Source: Hormiphora californensis (lineage: Eukaryota > Animalia > Ctenophora). From it: 64,000 nt of DNA. The translations under genes were made by a program, and so were the position numbers. Positions 13,221-27,063 of this stretch are shown here, in pieces. The stretch covers positions 4,278,001 through 4,342,000 of the forward strand of contig CM035358.1 of assembly GCA_020137815.1 (NCBI GenBank), given 5' to 3'. The first letter of the stretch is position 1. Every line of letters starts with the position of its first letter. The notes under the pieces were generated by a model, which did no database searches, was not told the DNA's origin, and saw nothing but the letters and a program-made list of their open reading frames with translations.

Positions 13221-16200
13221 TCAGGGTTTTGCTGTCAATAATCGCATCAATGCTTCATTTAGTATCTGGGCCTGAAAGATGGATGGATGAGTTAGAACTC
13301 TTGTCTATCTAATTAGCTTGGCCCAAAGAAAAGTGGCCAAGAGATGTAGATCGGTATGTACCGAAAAAATCGATTATATATCATATCCCGTCCTCTTCAC
13401 TCTAAAATATTGGGCGGAGTGGAAGACTGGAAGGGGATCAGGGCCGAAGGAAGAGACTCTATCGGCCCTAACGCATACCATAGAGTAGGTACTAAACTAT
13501 CATCTCTTGTTGAGTCTCCCACTCTTTAATCAACAACTCCTCTCACCTTAGTGTTAATCCCAACTTGAGAGAGATGTTGTGCCACTAAAAGGGCCGGGTC
13601 AACAGCCCCCTGACCCCCATAATCAACAATAGTAGTGGGAGAGGTAAGGGACCCTGGAGTGTAGCTGGCAGCACCACTTTGTTGGAAGTTCTGTTTCCCC
13701 TTTCTCCGTCTCTTGTTACTGCCACTTTGAGGGTTGGTGAGACGCTTTGAGGTTGACTGCTGAGTGTTAACAGAGGGCTGCTGCAGGATAATCAGTTTGG
13801 CAACTTTCATAGACGGGGTATCCCTGCAATAATGGTGGGGTCAGATGCTGGTGTAATTGGCATAATATGCCTTTCTCGATTGACTCCAGATCTATTATAA
13901 ATTACTTTCTTCAAATCTCGCTATTCTACACAACCCTTGTCTATCGAATGAACCACTGTATGTATATATCTCCCCCTCTCAGGTATAATATAGTTACTTG
14001 TGTATAGAGTGTGCTTGTAGCATAATATCAGTTAGAGCATCGATCAGCAACTCCTCACCAGCGCCCTTGTGCTGATACAACTGGTGGACTGCTACCTGCA
14101 AAATACACGAGTTGAAGAATAACCTTGTGTGGGGCTAACATCGCATTAAACATTCATTGTGAGGATTCGGTAGATCAAAAAATCGGCACCCTAAATAATT
14201 GTAGAGCTCGATTGCAATAAACGAACCACCAATAGGAGTTTTGACTATCCTAACTAGTAACTGCCTTTACCTTAGCTATTTGGTATGCAAATCGTTTATC
14301 AAAACTCTTATGTTTGAAGATTGAGAATCCCGCGAGAATGGCCTGGTGCTCCACTCTCTGGGCGTCCACACCTGCAGATGTGATGGTTACCAATAGTAAC
14401 GGGCAGAGATTATGGTCACCAATAGTAACGGACAGAGATGATGGTTACCAATAGTAACGGGCAGATGTGATGGTTACCAATTATTTAGTGAACAGGTTAC
14501 AAGATTCTGGAAAGAATAAGCATATAATATATAATATATAATAGGACTGGCCGCTGAAGTGAGACAGGAAATGGGCACTTTAAAATTACCTAAAATGTGA
14601 GATAATCGAATGACTGATTCGGCGGTTGCCCCAGCAAACTCGGCTGCTAACAGTACGGGGTTTAGAACTGATCCTACCCTCAGGTTGAACAGATACCTAC
14701 ACACCTGCGGGGGGTCACGGTATTATAGTTAGACTGTTGAGTGTTGGAGAGATGTAGGGGTCACGATATATACTATATAGTTGGGGAGATGGGGGTCATA
14801 AAAGAGAGGATCAGTTACTCAAAATTATTTAGAAAAGTTCAAACAAATCCTAAGTCGATAGCTAGTAAATTACCTGTACAATCCAAATACCACTAGGTGG
14901 CAACTTCTCCACATCCTTAATCACGACACTTCTATCTCCACCTCGAGGTTGTTGTTCCTTCTCCATCTCCTTCTCTTGCTCCTTCATAAAACTAGCTGTC
15001 ATCTCCTTCTCTTGCTCCTTCATAAAACTAGCTGTCATCTCTTGCTCCTTCATAAAACTAGCTGCCATGGTCTCCCCTCTCTGTACCGGCGCCTCATTAG
15101 TTACAACCACTGTGGACCGTTTTCCAGAAACATTTCTTGGGTCTTGTCTCGTTGCGATGACAGTGGTTGGAGAACACGATGTAGTAGGAGCTGTTCTGGA
15201 AAGGACAGCAGTGGTCGGATAGCGGATGGTTGGAGAGCAAGGAAGGGGAGTGTTTGGAGAGTTGAGTGCTGCAGGTGTTCCCATCGTTCGAGGGAGGTGA
15301 ACTGTGGTTGCGAGGGGGCTCAGAGAGGTCGGGGCAGCGGTGCTGGGCTGGATTACTGGGACAGGTTTGGGGAGGGAGTAGGAGGATGTGAGCTTGAGGA
15401 GGATGTTGTTTAACGTCTCGGGGGGTAGTGACGTCATAGCTTCTAGAATCTGGCCCTCCAGGGAGGCTGCACTCTGAAAAGAGGGTGGTGAGAATCTCAA
15501 TTGCACTATCACAGTATCCGTGTAAACCAAGAATTTATAAACGACTACTGCATGTGAGCGTATGTAATATAAATAATTGACTAGGGCACAAATGGGAATC
15601 GATTTCAAATAATTCCAGCCATTATGGGGGGTGGGAGAGGCTTACCGTTTTCATTACGTCACCACCGGCTAGCTCTCCACTCTCCGTACTAAGTTCATAC
15701 AGCTCCGGATGTTTCTCTGCACAGGCCCCGCAGGGCTGTCTGAGAAGCTGATGGGATCTCCTCTCCCCATCAGGTAGGTTCATCCATAGGACGGGAGAAT
15801 AGGTTTTAGAGAGTTGTGTATAGAGATCCGGGAGGAAGAGCCTGATCTTATCGTACCAGGCACACAGCTGCATGGGATATTGTTGAGTGAGAGGAGGTCA
15901 ACACGTAGGAAATGGGTTTAGAATACCTTATTACCGATATATAACGGAACCTCTAATTAACGAAATCGGTAAAAATTTCGTTAATTTTAGGTATAGTTAA
16001 TTTAGGGTTCCGCTAAATTAATGTTTCTTTGGTTAAAAAATGCTGTTTTTAGGGTAGCAAAAAAACAAAACCAAGACATCGAATATAATTTTAACATTTC
16101 TACTTCTAGTTCTCTTCTTATTCATCATCATCAATAACTTCAACATTTTCAAATTAAGATATTAGTTCATTATCTGAATCAGAGTCATTCGTGGGCAAAG

Positions 16201-17196
16201 AATCTTGAATCTCTCTAAGAAGAGATTCAAAATTGTCAACCTTACGGGTCTTAAAACAATACTTTTCAGTAATCATAGTTTGTAATGAGGCAAGCCCATG
16301 TTCTGTCCATTTACAGTAAAAAGAACCTTAATTTCCAACCCTCCCTGAACCAATGGTGACTGAAATGCATGAATGCATTTCAGTCACCATTGGTTCAGGC
16401 AGTTGTTCAAGACCCTCATAAGGTTCTTGAACAACTGCCTCAAATTTACAACCGTGCTCAATTGCAAAGAAAATTCTTTTTGATGACTCAATTAGGAACA
16501 TATGGTATTTACTATTTTAACCCCATTTTAACACAGTATTTGTGCTTTTTGTCAAAATTTGCTAACCCAAACCGATTTTCGTTAATGAAAGGTACGTTAA
16601 TTAAAGGTACGCTAATAGGAGGTTCCGTTATATAGTGGTAATAAGGTAGTGATGACTCAAAGATAATTTAGTTGATTAAAATTTGATATAACGGATAAGT
16701 GACGACTAAAAGATGTTTTAGTTGAGTAAAATTTGATCTAACGAATAGCTCTGGCTAGATGGTTCCTAAATTAAATTCAAAACTGTACCTGGTAAACCCG
16801 TTGTTTGACTTGTGCAGCTGAGGAGGGCCATGGCACGACCATGTCTGCAGCCATGAGGTCACCTAGCTCCTCCAGCACCTGAAATATTGGGAGTTGACGA
16901 AGTTAGAATTGTGTGAGTACAGATTTAACAGAACACCTGATGACTAAATATCCTCACACAATCCCACCAGTGCTAACGAGGACCAAAGTAACCCAATATG
17001 ACTTGAAGACTACCCAACACGGTTAACTACAAAACAGCTCTGTGTGTCTCCTCCCTAAACTTACAATTTTGATGAGTTCTTCCTCCGTTTGTTGGCCCCC
17101 ATGTTTAAGTTCCACACCCCGCTTAGTAAGGTGGATGCAGAACTGGGCGTACCTACAATCCAAGGCAAACAACTGGGGTACTGCCTGACTGGTCAT
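13221..17196 (-). CDS. Uncharacterised 9-exon protein, ~561 aa (exons 17065..17196, 16789..16878, 15646..15867, 14874..15473, 14590..14704, 14271..14371, 13998..14095, 13547..13823, 13221..13271)
   Basis: All introns GT-AG with consistent phases and a continuous frame from MTSQAVPQLF to AQILNEALMRLLTAKP*; P/S/T-rich middle; basic KRRRK motif. The true start may lie further upstream. Confidence 0.7.
15926..16646. mobile_element. Tc1/mariner/pogo-type non-autonomous element in an intron
   Basis: TIR CCTTATTACC(G/A)(A/C)TATATAACGGAACCTC at both ends, flanked by TA. Confidence 0.85.
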
Positions 17197-17689
17197 GTGA
17201 CTATCTGGGAACGAAGGGGTGAGATGTGAATGTATATAGTGTCTAGCATTCAAGAGAGAGAGAATGTGCGAAATGGAGGTTGACGAACAAATCAAAATCT
17301 TTAACAAAAACAGGACACAAACAGGACAAAAACAGAACAAAAAACAGGACAAAAACAAAAACAAAAACAGGATAAAAACAAAACTTGTAGTCAGGATTCA
17401 GGAACTTAGAAAACAATGAACAGGAACAATCAACAAAACAACATGTACTAATGAGTACTAAGTCACAACAAATCACAACAAAAAACAGACAGCACTAGCT
17501 CGATAGTAAAGAGTCTCAGTTTACAACAAATATATATCGCAACAACAACAACAACGATCCTCCTCCCCACGATTATTAGGATGCCGGGAAAGCCACAGGG
17601 CCTACCCGGGGAGGGTTTTAAGCAAGTTAGCATGCTAGCAGAACTATCAGTAATAGGAAGGGGAAACATGCAATAGAGCTCAGGTAGTC

Positions 17690-17764
<75 letters not shown>

Positions 17765-17820
17765 GAGAGAGTGAGAGAGAGAGTTAGAGAGAGAGAGAGA
17801 GAGAGTGAGAGAGAGAGGGG

Positions 17821-17875
<55 letters not shown>

Positions 17876-17954
17876 CAATCTTTCGTGTCGCGAACTGGCT
17901 GAGATAAAAAGAGATAGCTTGATCACTAGGGTAGCTATTCTTTCCTCTTGGTCC

Positions 17955-18085
<131 letters not shown>

Positions 18086-18429
18086 TCTCTCTCTCTCTCC
18101 CTCTCCCGCTCTCTCCGTTCAGTTAGCGTGGTGTGCTGCAATGTCACTAATGGTTGCTTGCTACTTCGCAAGCATATAGAACCTCTAACCCACTGCGAAG
18201 TATATCACGTGATACACCCCTTACTGTGACGTCACGTGACATAGTGGAGTGGGAAACCAGCGGTAAATATATAACTAACAATATGATGTCACGTGATGAC
18301 ATGTCACGTGGGGTTGTCATGGTGATACCACGTGTGCCCTCTTTCACATGTAATAGTACACGGTACTGACAAGCATATACTGCTAAGAGAGAGAGAGGGA
18401 TGTCGGGGAATGGGTGTGTGCGTGGGTAG

Positions 18430-18533
<104 letters not shown>

Positions 18534-19087
18534 TGTGCTACGAAGCTTGTTATAGAAAACAGCTAGGAAAGGTAAAAAGATGCCCAATAAACTATCCTCC
18601 GGTGTTGTTGAGTAACTAACTTACAAAAAAGAACCCGGGTGTGGCCTAGTAACGAGAAACGTGTCCTGCTCCCTTTTTCCTCCTCTAGTTCCTACTTGTT
18701 TAGGGATTCAAGGATTCAAGGATATTTCCAGATGTCACTCTTAGGTAGCTTGGTAATGAAATGACCTCACACTCTTCGTGCACTACGTCGTAACCAAACT
18801 CCTAGCTGAGTAATTCGACAATTCTTTGACATAGAATCCGGTTTTAGCTGTTTCAGCGAGTTTGAAGAACACAATAAAGTCATTTATGAGGGATGCAGAA
18901 AACTAAAACTTTAACTACAATATGACAGGAAAACACTAAAATTAACATTCACCTTCGCCAGATAACACTCCAACAAAATAAACAGTAACATTTACTCAAA
19001 TTTTCATCTTTATAATTTCTTTTAATCAACACTTCAAACTCCTAAAACAGTCCATTTCTCTCTCTCTCTCTCTCACACACACACAAA

Positions 19088-22000
19088 TTAAGCCGAGATA
19101 ACTCTGATCTCTCCCTTCTGGGATCGGTTAGTGAAGTTGTTGTTTCTGGTACAGAGGTACCTCCAAATACCGGACTTGGTCATCTTCCTTAGCCCCATGT
19201 CAAAGTAAGTACCAGCATCATCCAGCTCGTCCATGTCACCCCAGTATTGGGCTGTAGGGGGGAGGGGAGTTAGTTGGGGGAGGGGGAGAGGGGGTCACAG
19301 GGGAAGGGAGTTAGTTGGTTGGAGAGGGGGGGTCACACTCACAGGGGTCGGGAATTATTTGAGGGGGGTCACAGGGTGAGGAAATTATTGGGGGGGGGGG
19401 GGGGGGTCACAGGGGGAGAGTCGAGGCTGGGAGGAGGTTACAGCCAAGTCAACTAGATCTTGGGTTTGGTAATGAAATTACCCCTCATGCAACAAAAGGG
19501 GTGACTTCGTAACCAAATCTTGGGTATTCTTTGAGAAAAAGATTTCAGGGGATGTTTAACAAATATTTAAGGGAGGGTTAATCTATTTAATTGATTAAAC
19601 GAGGAGCTAAAAAGTCTCTTACTTGGTGAGAGGAAGGCAAGAGCCATGATATCCTCTCGTGCCAGACCCAGGAAATTAGGGCTCGTATCTTTAGTCCACG
19701 CTTCCGGGTAGTTACACGCGAAACAACCGTGAGCTGCATGAACGAATCATTTAGATTGAGTGGGGAACTTTCGTTACTTAATCAGTAGTAATTAATTAAA
19801 GTACTACCAATTAAGTAACGAAAGTTCCAGATGATATATACGAGTTTATATGGTCCTATGGGAATCAAATAAAAAGTAACAATATATTAGGTTGTTCCAT
19901 AAATATTGTCCCTGACCAAATAAAACAACTGTTTTTCAAGCAATCAAAAAAAATCATTCAAATCTCAAAAGGGTATTCTCCTGCCAGTCGGACTACCTCG
20001 TTACAATGGTCCCGTAGCTTCTCCAACTCCCTCACCAGCTCCGTTTCCGGGATTTGGTCCAGGCCCGATCTTATCACTGCCTTCACATCTTCAGGGCCGC
20101 GGAGAGGGGTTTTTGTCAACCCAGACTTCAACTTGCGGAAGAGGTATCTATCACACAGGTTCAGATCTGGACTATAAGGGCTTTGTTTGATCCTCTTGAC
20201 GCCCATTTCGACCAAATGCTTGGTAGTTTCGTTGGAGGCATGGGGGCGGGCATTGTCCCACTGGAGAAGCATGTCCTTGAGTCGGATGGGGTGGGTTGTG
20301 AGCTGAATAAACCGTCTTTTGGTGTCATCAAGGAACTGAGTAGTGAAGGTAGAGTCTACTGTGGCTCCCTGGGGCAGCAAAGTGAGCGAATACCGTTTTG
20401 GTCGGCATGTAAAGGCTACCAAAACCATCGTCTTCCGTTTTGTCAGCTTAACACGGGGTACGGTGGGTTTTGGGTCGCTTTTTCCAATCCAGACCCTTCT
20501 CCGGTCCTGACAATCCCAGGAGAACCAGCTTTCATCTTCGACAAGATAATGTGATGCGATAAATTCCATGGGATGGCTCCGAAACATCTCCAGGAGCTCT
20601 TCAGCACACTTCACTCTGGCGATTTTGTTGCTTGGAGACAGATTATGGGGTACCCATACGGAAAGGACCGTTCTGAGGTCCAAATAGACTGTCAGAATCC
20701 TATAAACCGTTGTAGGTGGTATAGAAAGGTCTGATGAAATTTCCCGAACACTGGTCCTCGGGTTCTTCTTCACCAATTTTTTCACAAGGGCCACGTTCTC
20801 CGCTGAAGTGGTCTCTAGAGGTCGCCCCGGACGGGTCCCCTTCTGGTCGGTAAAAGTCCCATCTGAAAGGGCTTTCAGCCATCGCTTGACAGTCCGGAGG
20901 CTCACAGAGGATGTCCCTTGAGTCATCAGCAGTTGAGTATGGATATCCACTGCATTATCTCCGAGCAGGAACCGAGTTTTCACGTAGGCACGTTGCGTGG
21001 AGTTGTCCATTTGAAGATCGTGGTATGACTGACTGTTAAAGATCGGCCCATAGCTCCCCTTTTATACCCTCAAATGGAATTCCAGGTGCATACCAGGCGT
21101 GAGAAATATCTCAGGAATGACCTGGGACCGGTTATTTTATTCTAGAACATCAGATTCTTGATATAATCGACAGGGGACATTATTTATGGAACAACCTAAT
21201 ATTACCGTCTTCGACGAAGCCATTATCCCAAGTCCTGTCCCTCAATACCAACATGTTGCTCCTGTCAGTTCCAGCTCGACCCTGTCCAGCATTATTTCCC
21301 GGGTTACTGTCCGCACCTGTCCACCTATAGAGGGAGAGAGATAGTTATGTAGAGTTTAGTAATAGAGAGAGATAGTTATGTAGAGTTTAGTAGAAGCACT
21401 GAGCTCCAGTAATTGCAGGGTTGATGTTGGTAGAAAGAGCCCCTAAAAATGGGATCTAATCAGTTCTAGTCTAGTTCAGACCCCCGATACAATTTTTCTA
21501 CTAACAGTCTGCCTATGTTGATCTTACTGAATGTGGACGTATTCCCCGGCTTTGGCCTCCAATCTGTTTGGCTGGAAGTCATACTCGACTCCTGGATAGG
21601 TCTGGACGATGTTACCCCTCTTTCCTCGGACCTGGAGAGATTATTATAGTGTGTCAATATAACAACACCAGTACAGCTCGAGGTGCAGGAAAGAAGGCTG
21701 AACAGAAGTGTTTAGAAGACAAGTTTAGTCAGTATTAAATATGAAACGTTTGTTATATTTAGTTGGTTTGGGAATTGTACCGCGGGCGGAGTTGCCTCAT
21801 TGCCTCATGTTATATTTACGTTAAGATTGTGTATTTTAGCGTCTGCTGAAACATCAGAAGGCCTCTTCCTGATCTCAAACACGTGACTTCGATCTTCAAA
21901 AGTTCGTCCGAATTGGTTTGTGTTAATGTTGATCTCCAGATTGATCTCAGCATCACCCTCATTAAACTTGAAAATCTGGAGAAAGGTATGTTTTTATTAT

Positions 22001-25000
22001 GTATATAATAGGGAGGGGATCGGAATCCAGACTCCAGAGATATGTTCAACTTGGAATTGTCAAAGGTGCCGATTCGAATTGATCTTGCTACGGAGATTCC
22101 CGTACTATTTTGTTGCGGGTACTAAATGTGAAGAGAAGTAGAAGAAGGTTGAGAGATAGAGAGCTGACAATTATAATACACGTGGTACTAAAACAAGATG
22201 ACAGTATACCAGGAACCGACCGAAACAAGTAAACAACCAATCAGAACTCGTTATTTAGGTCACGTGACTAGTTACCAGCCAATCAGGGACCAGTATTTCC
22301 TGATTCGGTCGGTTCCTGCAGTATACCTGTAGGACAGGATCCTGTTGGAATTGGTATCCCCTGGCAACAGCCTCTTCCTCGTCAAGTCCGTAGATACTAG
22401 CTATTTTAATACCAGTCGGACTGTAATATCAGTGTGTCAGGGAAATATATTGGAAAGTATAATAACTTTGCGATGGAAAGATGTTTTATAGTTTATACTC
22501 TCCTACTTTATCTTACACTGCTTCACTGGTCACATATTGTGGAATTACTTACTGCCTGACCCTCTCTAACAAATAAATAACTATCTGCCTAACCCAGTGA
22601 CCCTCTCTAACAATTAAGTAACTATCTGCCTAACCCAGTGACCCTCTCTAACAAATATTGTTGAGGAGGGTTAGAATATATAACCAGTAACTTACGCATC
22701 ATCCTTCTCAGCGTTTAGAGAGGCATTGATAGAGGGATCAAATCCACCATCAGACAATTCACCAGCCGTAATGTTGTATCTGAATTATAGTGGTGGGGAA
22801 GATTAGGGGGGGGGAGAGACCGGAGGTAAGAATTTGGAAATGGATGCAATGTTTCCTGGCAAGGTGGTAAGATTCTAAGTTTCTACGAATATTCCGGATT
22901 TAAGAGGTTCAGTTTAGTAGAAGTTTTGTTTCTCCCTCTCTCCCTCTCTCTCTTTATAATAGGAACTACTGAAGAAAGAAATCTTTCTTCCACGGAAGAT
23001 GCGTACATAGAAAAAGAGAAGGAAGGAAATGAGAATTGGAAGGATATCTTTCATGCTACAGAGCAAGTTAGAAATATGGGGTGGTAAAATATATAATATG
23101 CTTCTCAACACCCCTGTTTCAACATTTTAGACTGCAAGCAATCAGTAAAACGAACGCCCACCCCTCTCTCTTTTTCTACTGCACACAATAATCGGCTCGT
23201 TTCGAACTAATTTCATCTCCTTTTCTACCACTATTGCTTGTCTTGTCCCCACTCTATTTCTCCTATCCCTCCCTAATTACATTCTACCTAAATCGAACGA
23301 CTTAATTAATATGACGCAAGCCCCTAACTAAATCCTACCTCAGCCGAATGACGCATTTCTCCTCAACCCAATCCTCAGGGATGGTCCAATTATAACTGTT
23401 CATGAATCCGTCCTTGTTGTTACCATGGTGATTATCCCGGGACCAGGGAGATGGGAGACACTCCGGGGCAGGGACAGCGTGGGCACCAGTCTCGATCCAT
23501 GTGGGTTTAACAGACTTACCACCGTGGGAAACGTTCTGCTCGCAGTCCTCCTTGTTGTTAGCCAGATCCACATCGATATCTGTAATGGCAGCTAGTTAGA
23601 AGAAAGGGCTCATAGAATTTGGGGAAAGTTAGGAGAAATATAACGTTTGGGAGGTTCATAGAATTGCAGGAGAAAGGGAATGTTTTGAACGTTCATAGAG
23701 TTGGGAGATGTTTTGGGGAGAAAGTAAAACAGTGTAAAACATTACGTTACGTATTGGAGGTTATTACGTACCTGCGTCATATTTGTACCGGAGGTAATTC
23801 TCAGGGTACTGGCAGTATCCCTTGTTCTTTACGTTCTGTGATTCCTCCTGGTAGTAGTCACACCTCTTTACATCATTGGTGAAGACCACAATATCCTTGG
23901 GATCAGACATTATTAATTTTAGAGAGATCATAACTGTAGCAAAATATATAAACCCTCACTGACCTTCTCTTCACTCCGCCCAACCCACCCCCGATCCACA
24001 CCCCTCACAGCCCTTCCCCCCCAACTCTTCTTACCCTCCATGGTGTGGGATGCCAGTAGGGGTAGTAATCCCTCTCTTCACTTCTCTGTGACCCACACCC
24101 CTCACAGAGCCACCCCCCCCCCCCGACCCACACCCCTCACAGCCCCTTCCCCCCAACGTTGGGGGAGTTGGCCAACTCTTCTTACCGTCCATGGAGTGGG
24201 GTGCCAGTAGGGGCAGTACTCCCTCTCCTCACTTCTCTCTACCCCCACACCCTTCACACCCCTCACAGCGCCACCCCCACAGCCCCCCCAACTCTTCTTA
24301 CCCTCCATGGTGTGGGATGCCAGTAGGGGTAGTAATCCCTCTCCTCACTTCTCTCTACCCCCACACCCTTCACACCCCTCACAGTTCCACCCCTCACAGC
24401 CCCCCCAACTCTTCTTACCCTCCATGGTGTGGGATGCCAGTAGGGGTAGTAATCCCTCTCCTCACTTCTCTGTGACCCACACCCCTCACAGAGCCACCCC
24501 CCCCCCTATCCAACCCCCCCCATCCACACCCCTCACAACCCCTCCCCCCCCCCCAACTCTTCTTACCCTCCATGGTGTGGGATGCCAGTAGGGGTAGTAA
24601 TCCCTCTCCTCACTTCTCTCTACCCCCACACCCCCCCCCCCCCCCCACAGTTCCACTCCCCTCTCCAACCCCTCACAGCCCCCCCTCTCCAACTCTTCTT
24701 ACCCTCCATGGTGTGGGATGCCAGTAGGGGTAGTAATCCCTCTCCTCACTTCTCTCTACCCCCACACCCCCCCCCCCCACAGTTCCACTCCCCTCTCCAA
24801 CCCCTCACAGCCCCCCCTCTCCGACTCTTCTTACCCTCCATGGTGTAAGGAGACCCTATACAACATTATGACAGATCCAAAAAGACTAAAACAGAACTAT
24901 CCCAAGCTCCGCACATGCGTGATCTCCACACCTACAACAAATCACCGAGCCTCAGACACGCACACCCCAAAACTAGGCAAGTGACAAACCTACAAATCTG

Positions 25001-25633
25001 AAAGACCCTGTAGTAGTCAGGGAAAAGCCCATTACAGTTTGGGACACTTAATCAATGGTACCCTTATTCAAATAGCAAACACGCATACACTGAGACCCCT
25101 CGCATTAATTACGCGAAGCCCTGAGTGAACTGATACTGGTCAAATGCACTCAGGGACAACCATAGACGTTGTTTTACAACAACTAATCTATAACCTGGCC
25201 ACCCGGCGATGGCAACATCGCCTGACCGGACCCTTGGGTCGTACTTGTGAATACATTACTAGCTAGCTTAGACTACAAGACCCTTGGTGTAAAGATAAGC
25301 ATTTAATCCCTTGATAGGTAATCAATGATATCCGGCAAATCACCTACTTCCACAGTTGTCGTGACAGTGGTAACCAAAGACCAACCAATTGGACGGTAAG
25401 TCCCATCACATGTCTGCGGGGAAAGATTTCTCCGTGCCAAATCCGACACAGACTCGCATGCTCCTTTTGCGGTACCATAAAGAGACTGCTGGGAAACCAG
25501 TGGAATCTAAGTGGAATCATACCGACAGTGACCCTGCGTGTGGGGGTCATCTGGCAAGGAGTGAGGTCAGTAACGGGCCGGCTGAGGGGTCATCAATAAC
25601 CTCAGCATGGGGTGGAACGACGGGAGGTACTGA

Positions 25634-25664
<31 letters not shown>

Positions 25665-27063
25665 CCATGGTGTGGGATGCCAGTAGGGGTAGTAATCCCT
25701 CTCTTCACTTCTCTCTACCCCCACACCCCTCACAGCCCCCCTCTCCGACTCTTCTTACCCTCCATGGTGTGGGATGCCAGTAGGGGTAGTAATCCCTCTC
25801 CTCAGCACACTCATATCCCCTCCTATTGGCGTTGTTATTCTGGCGGGTGCTGGTGGCATGTTCCCTCATGTTCTGATCGGCCGTGTACAAGCCCTTGTTT
25901 CTGACTCGGTGATCGCATTCCTGGTAGTAATCCCACGTCTCGTGCATGCCGTATCTTGGGGAGAGAGGGTTTAGTTAGTGATTAGTGAGAGTAGGGAGCT
26001 AGTAATTAGTGATTGGTGAGTGGGTTAATTAGAGGTTAATTAGTGATTAGTGAGTGGGTTAATTGGAGGTTAGTTATTAAAAGTATAGTTGATTACTTGG
26101 GTAATTAATTAGCAGATTAACGGTGATTTGATATTTATAATGGAGACAATTCAGTTAATTATCATCAACTAATTAATCATCTCAGTAAATTAACACTCAC
26201 TCCATATCCGTATTACACTCCCGTTTATCACATTTTGACAGTTTTTCAGGGATAGTGTTTGTAGTGGTACCATCCCTAACCATGTCCCCACACATGTATT
26301 GGAACACCAGCTCACAGTGGTTATTGACATTTCCACACGAGTGCTGGTTTGTCCTGGAATGGGGGGGGGGGGGATTTTATAAGGGGGTGCTGAAATGGGA
26401 GGCTGGGATAAAGCGTGGGGGATATGGGGGAAGGCCGGAGGGGATGAGATAACTATATATATGGGGAATGAGAGTATTAGGCTGCCCCAGATTTGTCTTT
26501 CATAAGAATCGAATTAATTAATTGAATATCCCATGAATTTAATTAATTAATTAACTAATTAAAACCATTAATACCATTCAAGAGTAAGAGTAGAGCCGGT
26601 GTAGTAGTAGAGGTTTCCCTGGTTGTACCCGCCTCTGTTATTGTTCTGAGAGTCAAACAACCTGAGGAGAGGACCGTGATTTTAGTTTAGCAAGCATGGT
26701 AACCAATGGTAACCAATGGTAACCAATCGTAACCAGTGGTTACCATGGTAACCTCGGTTATTGTTCTGAGAGTCAAATAACCTGAGGAGGGACCGTGATT
26801 TTAGTTTGGGGTTTGCTTTGCAAGCATTGCAGTAGAGCTGTAAATGACAGGGTAAATTAAGCATGGTAACCGATGGTAACCAATGGCAACTAATGGTAAC
26901 CATGGTAACCAATGGTAACCATGGTAACCGTGGCTGACCTGTTTCCGTTATTCCTCTCTCTGTTAGCTTCATTCAGCCTGTTGTTGCTGCCCCGGGGGCC
27001 CTGCAGGTAGACATCACCTAGGCAACAGCCCACTAGGATGCAGGCAAGTACTACCAACCTCAT
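19088..27063 (-). CDS. DD3-3-like secreted protein A, ~585 aa, 13 exons (26939..27063, 26575..26661, 26201..26353, 25759..25954, 23772..23895, 23339..23579, 22696..22779, 22327..22420, 21820..21975, 21528..21631, 21206..21324, 19623..19733, 19088..19251)
   Basis: Signal peptide then [103 protein letters not shown], motifs I recognise from the DD3-3 family. CDS 1758 nt, in frame. Confidence 0.9.
19887..21199 (-). mobile_element. Full-length mariner transposon (1313 bp) in intron 11 of gene A
   Basis: TIRs TTAGGTTGTTCCATAAATA(T/A)TGTCCC, TA target duplication, single transposase ORF. Confidence 0.96.
19958..21010 (-). CDS. Mariner DD34D transposase, 350 aa, apparently intact
   Basis: HTH N-terminus, [25 protein letters not shown] motifs. 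Confidence 0.95.
   Translation of the reverse strand: MDNSTQRAYVKTRFLLGDNAVDIHTQLLMTQGTSSVSLRTVKRWLKALSDGTFTDQKGTRPGRPLETTSAENVALVKKLVKKNPRTSVREISSDLSIPPTTVYRILTVYLDLRTVLSVWVPHNLSPSNKIARVKCAEELLEMFRSHPMEFIASHYLVEDESWFSWDCQDRRRVWIGKSDPKPTVPRVKLTKRKTMVLVAFTCRPKRYSLTLLPQGATVDSTFTTQFLDDTKRRFIQLTTHPIRLKDMLLQWDNARPHASNETTKHLVEMGVKRIKQSPYSPDLNLCDRYLFRKLKSGLTKTPLRGPEDVKAVIRSGLDQIPETELVRELEKLRDHCNEVVRLAGEYPFEI
22210..22318. mobile_element. hAT-type MITE, copy 2
   Basis: Same family as 1918..2026, inverted; 8-bp TSD CAGTATAC. Confidence 0.9.
24020..24846 (-). repeat. Tandem ~115-140-bp repeats, each carrying the 3' end of gene A exon 4 plus its GTAAG donor
   Basis: Minus-strand core GAGAGGGATTACTACCCCTACTGGCATCCCACACCATGGAGG|GTAAGAAGAG occurs six times complete, plus a seventh split by the insertion at 24847. 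Confidence 0.92.
24847..25659 (+). mobile_element. 5'-truncated non-LTR retrotransposon with (CA)n tail
   Basis: 14-bp TSD ACCCTCCATGGTGT (24833..24846, 25660..25673); begins mid-ORF ([10 protein letters not shown]...KLGK*); ends in (CA)n. Confidence 0.7.

Noticed and set aside
24844-25637. Solo LTR (TGT...ACA)
   Set aside because: The 14-bp TSD and (CA)n tail fit a non-LTR insertion better.
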